A stretch of DNA of 44,444 nt from a virus (taxonomy: Duplodnaviria; Heunggongvirae; Uroviricota; Caudoviricetes): IMG/VR virus record IMGVR_UViG_2531839661_000010; one strand, given 5' to 3'. This document shows, one piece after another, positions 39,304 to 44,444 of this stretch. Below the pieces are notes generated by a model that saw only the letters and a list, made by a program, of their open reading frames with translations, searched no databases and was not told the origin of the DNA. Positions within the stretch are counted from its first letter, which is position 1; each line of letters opens with the position of its first letter. A program made the translations under genes and the position numbers.

Positions 39304-39980
39304 CACCGGACATTATCCTGCAGCGTACCGGAATCGACGTGAGAGCTGTCGAACAGGGGGATGATGCGTGGCACAAATTACGGCTCGGCGTCATCACCGC
39401 TTCAGAAGTTCACAATGTGATAGCAAAACCCCGCTCCGGAAAAAAGTGGCCTGACATGAAAATGTCCTACTTCCACACCCTGCTGGCTGAGGTTTGCACC
39501 GGTGTGGCTCCGGAAGTTAATGCTAAGGCGCTGGCATGGGGAAAACAGTACGAGAACGACGCCAGAACTCTGTTTGAATTCACTTCCGGCGTGAATGTTA
39601 CTGAATCCCCGATCATCTATCGCGACGAAAGTATGCGCACCGCCTGCTCTCCCGATGGTTTATGCAGTGACGGCAATGGCCTTGAGCTGAAATGCCCGTT
39701 TACCTCCCGGGATTTCATGAAGTTCCGGCTCGGTGGTTTCGAGGCCATAAAGTCGGCTTACATGGCCCAGGTGCAGTACAGCATGTGGGTGACGCGAAAA
39801 GATGCCTGGTACTTTGCCAACTATGACCCGCGCATGAAGCGTGAAGGCCTGCATTATGTCGTGGTTGAGCGGGATGAAAAGTACATGGCGAATTTTGACG
39901 AGATGGTGCCGGAGTTCATCGAAAAAATGGACGAGGCACTGGCTGAAATTGGTTTTGTATTTGGGGAGCAATGGCGATGA
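39300..39980 (+). CDS. exo: Exo 5'-3' exonuclease (Red alpha)
   Basis: 226-aa protein [47 protein letters not shown]... near-identical to lambda Exo as recalled. Confidence 0.95.
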   Translation: MTPDIILQRTGIDVRAVEQGDDAWHKLRLGVITASEVHNVIAKPRSGKKWPDMKMSYFHTLLAEVCTGVAPEVNAKALAWGKQYENDARTLFEFTSGVNVTESPIIYRDESMRTACSPDGLCSDGNGLELKCPFTSRDFMKFRLGGFEAIKSAYMAQVQYSMWVTRKDAWYFANYDPRMKREGLHYVVVERDEKYMANFDEMVPEFIEKMDEALAEIGFVFGEQWR

Positions 39981-40135
39981 AGCATCCTCGCGATAATATC
40001 CGGGTAGGCGCGATCACTTTCATCTACTCCGTTACAAAGCGAGGCTGGGTATTTCCCGGCCTTTCTGTTATCAGAAATCCACTGAAAGCACAGCGGCTGG
40101 CTGAGGAGATAAATAATAAACGGGGGGCTGTATGA
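39977..40135 (+). CDS. Small hypothetical protein coupled between exo and the methyltransferase gene
   Basis: 52-codon ORF whose ATG overlaps the exo stop and whose stop overlaps the methyltransferase ATG. Confidence 0.35.
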   Translation: MKHPRDNIRVGAITFIYSVTKRGWVFPGLSVIRNPLKAQRLAEEINNKRGAV

Positions 40136-40689
40136 CTGATTTCACCGGAAGCAATACTCCTGCCGAACATCGCGACAGCTGGCGCACACCACCAGAGATT
40201 TTTGCTGCGCTTAATGCAGAGTTCGTTTTTCAACTTGATGCTGCAGCCAGCGAAAAAAACCGACTATGTCGGCTTTTTATCTCACAGGAGCAGAACACAT
40301 TAACCACTTCATGGCCTGAAGCAATGGGATATGCCTCTGGTTATGTCTGGTTGAATCCACCATACAGCAATATTTCCCCTTTTGTGAAAAAGGCAGCCAC
40401 TGAAAACAAATTCAGTAGTGTGGGATGTGTAATGTTATTGCCTGCTGACACATCTGTCGGATGGTTTCATGAAGCGATACAAACCGCCAGTGAGGTCAGA
40501 TTCATCACGGCAGGACGACTGGCATTTATTAACCCACTCACTGAGAAACCCGTCAGTGGAAATAATAAAGGCTCGATGCTCATTATCTGGCACCCATACC
40601 CCCGTACACACTGCCACTTTACGACCGTTGATCGTGGAGAGTTGATGGCGTTCGGCTCAAGGATTCTTGCCCGTCGGGAGGCTGCATGA
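40132..40689 (+). CDS. DNA N6-adenine methyltransferase (phage Dam-like, orphan)
   Basis: Catalytic NPPY motif (WLNPPYSN) and overall phage Dam-like layout; no adjacent restriction gene. Confidence 0.8.
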   Translation: MTDFTGSNTPAEHRDSWRTPPEIFAALNAEFVFQLDAAASEKNRLCRLFISQEQNTLTTSWPEAMGYASGYVWLNPPYSNISPFVKKAATENKFSSVGCVMLLPADTSVGWFHEAIQTASEVRFITAGRLAFINPLTEKPVSGNNKGSMLIIWHPYPRTHCHFTTVDRGELMAFGSRILARREAA

Positions 40690-40765
40690 CAACCACGGAA
40701 TGCATTTTTCTGGCAGCGGGCTTCATATTCTGTGTGCTTATGCTTGCCGACATGGGACTTGTTCA

Positions 40766-40981
40766 ATGACACCTCAGCAGGAAAACGCCCTTCGCAGCAT
40801 TGCCCGTCAGGCTAATTCTGAAATCAAAAAAGCCAGACAGCAGTTTCCGGATAAAAACGTCGATGACATTTGCCGTAGCGTACTTAAGAAGCACCGCGAA
40901 ACGGTAACGCTGATGGGATTCACACCGACTCATTTAAGCCTGGCGATCGGCATGTTAAACGGCGTCTTTAAGGAACGGTGA
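40766..40981 (+). CDS. Hypothetical protein
   Basis: 71-aa ORF from ATG 40766 in the early-left operon. Confidence 0.35.
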   Translation: MTPQQENALRSIARQANSEIKKARQQFPDKNVDDICRSVLKKHRETVTLMGFTPTHLSLAIGMLNGVFKER

Positions 40982-41079
40982 ACATGAAAAGCAAAATCAT
41001 CAGGGAGCTACAGGCTCCTTTTTTATTGTTCGCATTCATCCTCAAGCGTATTAACCAACAATTCAGGGATTAATGGAAG

Positions 41080-41298
41080 ATGGCAGACATCATTGATTCA
41101 GCATCAGAAATCGAAGAATTACAGCGCAATACAGCAATAAAAATGCGTCGTCAGAACTACCAGACTGTATCCGCAACTCATTGTTGTGAGTGTGGCGATC
41201 CGATAGATGAGCGAAGACGCCTGGCTGTTCAGGGTTGTCGGACTTGTGCAAGTTGCCAGGAGGAGATCGAACTTAAGAACAAACAATGGGGACTGTGA
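41080..41298 (+). CDS. TraR/DksA-family zinc-finger protein
   Basis: Cys-x2-Cys ... Cys-x2-Cys arrangement (CCECGDPIDERRRLAVQGCRTCASCQ) in a 72-aa protein. Confidence 0.55.
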   Translation: MADIIDSASEIEELQRNTAIKMRRQNYQTVSATHCCECGDPIDERRRLAVQGCRTCASCQEEIELKNKQWGL

Positions 41299-41345
41299 TG
41301 GCCTCAAAGCAGCAAATTTCAACATCGTCCAACTGAGGTGTAAAA

Positions 41346-41624
41346 ATGTTCAGAATCATTTTTCCTAACACCTGGTACGTCGACCACCACGGCACTCCCT
41401 GCAAAATCCTGCGTTCTACCCACAACAAAGTTCACTACATCCGAAAAGGCAGAACATGTATCGCCAGCATGTTCCGCTTTAATCATGACTTTGAACCTGT
41501 GAATAAAGCTGATGCAGATCGGATAGTAGAAGAGATCGAAACGGCAGAACACATTAAGAAGTTACGTGACATGCGTTCAAAAAGCAGAGGTAACCATGGA
41601 ATCATACAGCCTCACACTCGATGA
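41346..41624 (+). CDS. Hypothetical protein
   Basis: 92-aa ORF upstream of xis. Confidence 0.35.
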   Translation: MFRIIFPNTWYVDHHGTPCKILRSTHNKVHYIRKGRTCIASMFRFNHDFEPVNKADADRIVEEIETAEHIKKLRDMRSKSRGNHGIIQPHTR

Positions 41625-41946
41625 GGCCTGTCAGTTTCTCAAGATATCCAGACCTACCGCCACCAACTGGATACGAACAGGCCGCCTACAGGCAACACGC
41701 AAAGACCCCACTAAACCAAAATCTCCTTACCTCACAACGCGACAAGCCTGCATTGCGGCGCTTCAGTCTCCGCTGCATACTATCAAGGTGAGCGCGGGTG
41801 ATGGCATAACAGAGGAAAGAAAATGTCACTCTTCCGCAGAAGTGAAATATGGTACGCCAGTTTCACATTGCCGAACGGTAAAAGATTTAAACAGTCTCTT
41901 GGAACAAAGGACAAAAGGCAGGCGACAGAGCTCCATGACAAGCTAA
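41596..41946 (+). CDS. xis: Excisionase (AlpA-like HTH)
   Basis: [26 protein letters not shown] helix-turn-helix; AGAGG before ATG 41596; 3' end overlaps the integrase start by about 124 bp, so the true stop is uncertain. Confidence 0.5.
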   Translation: MESYSLTLDEACQFLKISRPTATNWIRTGRLQATRKDPTKPKSPYLTTRQACIAALQSPLHTIKVSAGDGITEERKCHSSAEVKYGTPVSHCRTVKDLNSLLEQRTKGRRQSSMTS

Positions 41947-42986
41947 AGGCTGAAGCATGGCGGGTCAGCAAACTTGGTGAAATACCTGATATGACGTTTG
42001 AGGAAGCGTGTGTCAGGTGGCTCGAAGAGAAAGCACATAAGAAATCACTGGACGATGACAAAAGCCGGATCGGATTCTGGCTTCAACATTTCGCAGGGAT
42101 GCAACTAAGAGACATCACTGAATCAAAAATTTATTCAGCGATGCAGAAAATGACAAACCGGCGTCATGAGGAAAACTGGAAACTCAGGGCAGAAGCATGC
42201 AGAAAAAAAGGGAAACCTGTTCCAGAATACACGCCAAAACCAGCGTCCGTTGCAACGAAGGCTACGCATCTTTCATTTATAAAGGCCCTGCTAAGAGCCG
42301 CAGAGCGTGAATGGAAAATGCTGGATAAGGCACCAATTATTAAAGTGCCTCAACCAAAGAATAAACGGATCCGCTGGCTGGAGCCCCATGAAGCACAAAG
42401 GCTGATTGATGAATGTCCGGAGCCATTAAAGTCTGTTGTTGAATTTGCACTGGCAACAGGCTTAAGACGCTCGAACATCATCAACCTTGAATGGCAACAA
42501 ATAGATATGCAGCGCCGGGTGGCATGGATAAACCCGGAAGAGAGTAAATCAAACCGCGCAATTGGCGTTGCGCTGAATGATACTGCATGTCGCGTATTGA
42601 AAAAACAAATCGGGAATCATCACCGTTGGGTATTTGTGTACAAGGAAAGCTGTACCAAACCAGACGGAACGAAAGCGCCAACAGTAAGGAAGATGCGGTA
42701 TGACGCAAACACAGCCTGGAAAGCGGCGCTGAGACGGGCTGGTATTGATGATTTCAGATTTCACGACTTGAGACACACCTGGGCAAGTTGGCTGGTTCAA
42801 GCCGGAGTCCCGTTGTCAGTGTTACAGGAAATGGGAGGTTGGGAGTCTATCGAAATGGTTCGTCGATATGCTCACCTTGCACCTAATCACCTTACCGAAC
42901 ACGCACGGCAAATAGACTCGATCCTGAACCCATCGGTCCCAAATTTGTCCCAGTCAAAAAATAAGGAAGGTACTAATGATGTGTAA
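41823..42986 (+). CDS. int: Tyrosine integrase (DLP12 IntD-like)
   Basis: [35 protein letters not shown]-terminus and C-terminal catalytic motifs ([15 protein letters not shown]...RRYAHL); ends 14 bp before the tRNA 3' end. Confidence 0.9.
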   Translation: MSLFRRSEIWYASFTLPNGKRFKQSLGTKDKRQATELHDKLKAEAWRVSKLGEIPDMTFEEACVRWLEEKAHKKSLDDDKSRIGFWLQHFAGMQLRDITESKIYSAMQKMTNRRHEENWKLRAEACRKKGKPVPEYTPKPASVATKATHLSFIKALLRAAEREWKMLDKAPIIKVPQPKNKRIRWLEPHEAQRLIDECPEPLKSVVEFALATGLRRSNIINLEWQQIDMQRRVAWINPEESKSNRAIGVALNDTACRVLKKQIGNHHRWVFVYKESCTKPDGTKAPTVRKMRYDANTAWKAALRRAGIDDFRFHDLRHTWASWLVQAGVPLSVLQEMGGWESIEMVRRYAHLAPNHLTEHARQIDSILNPSVPNLSQSKNKEGTNDV

Positions 42987-43000
42987 CTTATTGATTTAAA

Positions 43001-43076
43001 TGGTGCCGATAATAGGAGTCGAACCTACGACCTTCGCATTACGAATGCGCTGCTCTACCAACTGAGCTATATCGGC
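43001..43076 (-). tRNA. thrW: tRNA-Thr (anticodon CGT)
   Basis: Reverse complement GCCGATATAGCTCAGTTGGTAGAGCAGCGCATTCGTAATGCGAAGGTCGTAGGTTCGACTCCTATTATCGGCACCA folds as a 76-nt cloverleaf with CGT anticodon and CCA end. Confidence 0.9.
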
Positions 43077-43190
43077 CCTGAAAGGACATGTTCACGAACG
43101 TGAATCACGGTGGACAAGGTTAAAACTAACCGGGCGATGCGTCAATGGCCTTGTGAATCAAATGGCTACTTTTGCATCACCCGGTTTTAT

Positions 43191-44444
43191 TTACGCACGA
43201 ATGGTGTAATCACCAATGCCGATCCACTTGTAAGTGGTCAGTGCTTCCAGCCCCATTGGGCCACGCGCGTGGAGTTTTTGTGTGCTTACCGCCACTTCCG
43301 CACCCAGACCAAACTGGCCGCCGTCGGTAAAACGCGTAGAGGCGTTAACGTAAACAGCGGACGAATCCACTTCGTTAACAAAACGCTGGGCGTTGCGCAT
43401 ATCGCGGGTCAGGATCGCATCGGAGTGTTGTGTGCCGTGTTCACGAATATGGGCGATGGCATCGTCAAGATCGCTGACGATTTTGACGTTCAAATCTAAT
43501 GACAGAAACTCATCGTCATACTCTTCGGCTTTAACAGCAACCACCTTCGCAGGGCCTGCCTGCAACTGCGCCAGTGCAGCTGCATCTGCGTGTAATGTCA
43601 CGCCGCTTTCCGCCATTTGTTTGCTTAATGCGGGCAGGAAGCTATCGGCGATGTTTTTATTCACCAGCAACGTTTCAACCGTATTACATGTGCTCGGACG
43701 CTGAGTTTTCGCGTTGACGATCACTTTTAATGCTTCAGCGATCTCTACACTTTCATCAACGTAAATATGGCATACGCCTATACCACCTGTGATCACCGGG
43801 ATTGTCGACTGTTCACGGCACAGTTTATGCAAACCAGCGCCACCACGCGGGATCAGCATGTCGATGTATTTATCCATACGCAGCATTTCACTGACCAGCG
43901 CACGGTCAGGATTATCAATCGCCTGCACGGCACCCGCCGGTAAGCCGCAGGATTTCAGGGCGTCCTGAATCACCGCCACCGTTGCAGCGTTAGTGCGACA
44001 CGTTTCTTTGCCACCGCGCAGGATCACCGCATTACCGGTTTTCAGGCACAGCGAAGCGACATCAACCGTCACGTTCGGGCGCGCTTCATAAATCACGCCA
44101 ATAACCCCCAGCGGTACGCGACGACGCTCAAGACGCAGGCCGCTGTCCAGTACGCTGCCATCGATTACCTGCCCCACCGGATCGGCGAGGTTACACACCT
44201 GGCGCACATCATCGGCAATGCCTTTCAGCCGTGCGGGCGTCAGTGCCAGACGGTCAAGCATCGCTTCGCCAAGGCCATTGGCACGCGCGTCAGCAACATC
44301 CTGGGCGTTAGCGTTGAGGATGATTTCGCTTTGTGCTTCCAGTTCATCGGCGATTTTTTCCAGCACGCGATTTTTTTCGCGGCTGGAGAGTTGCGCTAAT
44401 TTATACGAGGCTTGCTTCGCGGCAATGCCCATTTGTTCCAGCAT
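43191..44444 (-). CDS. proA: Gamma-glutamyl phosphate reductase
   Basis: 417-aa protein [50 protein letters not shown]... matches E. coli ProA as recalled; start codon is at the window edge. Confidence 0.95.
   Translation of the reverse strand: MLEQMGIAAKQASYKLAQLSSREKNRVLEKIADELEAQSEIILNANAQDVADARANGLGEAMLDRLALTPARLKGIADDVRQVCNLADPVGQVIDGSVLDSGLRLERRRVPLGVIGVIYEARPNVTVDVASLCLKTGNAVILRGGKETCRTNAATVAVIQDALKSCGLPAGAVQAIDNPDRALVSEMLRMDKYIDMLIPRGGAGLHKLCREQSTIPVITGGIGVCHIYVDESVEIAEALKVIVNAKTQRPSTCNTVETLLVNKNIADSFLPALSKQMAESGVTLHADAAALAQLQAGPAKVVAVKAEEYDDEFLSLDLNVKIVSDLDDAIAHIREHGTQHSDAILTRDMRNAQRFVNEVDSSAVYVNASTRFTDGGQFGLGAEVAVSTQKLHARGPMGLEALTTYKWIGIGDYTIRA

Noticed and set aside
40689-40772. 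27-codon hydrophobic ORF overlapping the methyltransferase stop
   Set aside because: Too short to support without comparative or expression evidence, although the ATGA overlap is suggestive.

Overview
This window holds the right-hand chromosomal flank (proA, intact tRNA-Thr thrW) and an apparently complete ~41.6 kb lambdoid prophage integrated at the 3' end of thrW, followed on the left by non-phage DNA (AraC-family regulator gene, 3' fragment of an IS3-family transposase gene). All calls rest on reading the sequence and the ORF track; no database search was run. Prophage order, right to left: int-xis, a lambda-like early-left region (exo, bet, gam near-identical to lambda; Dam-like methyltransferase), OL, a two-gene AT-rich cassette, cI, cro, O with ori iterons, P, a nin region (ybcN, ninE, ybcO, rusA), Q, lysis cassette (holin, R, Rz/Rz1), terminase, then head and contractile-tail genes of myovirus type (Mu-like is my impression, not verified), and a Gin/Pin-type invertase with an invertible tail-fibre segment. 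The most interesting candidate is the cassette in the rexAB position (36042-37458): a protein with a GNAT-like N-terminal half and PUA/ASCH-like C-terminal half, translationally coupled to a canonical ASCH-domain protein. I know of no described defence system with this composition, but that is untested. Other accessory insertions: a HEPN-like gene pair with its own terminator inside the tail operon, an antisense gene between terminase and lysis genes, a GIY-YIG nuclease-like gene beside the invertase, and a secreted-protein gene replacing most of ren. A serU-like tRNA-Ser fragment and a thrW-like core copy sit at the left boundary. Structural-gene names are positional and motif-based and carry lower confidence than the lambda-like genes.
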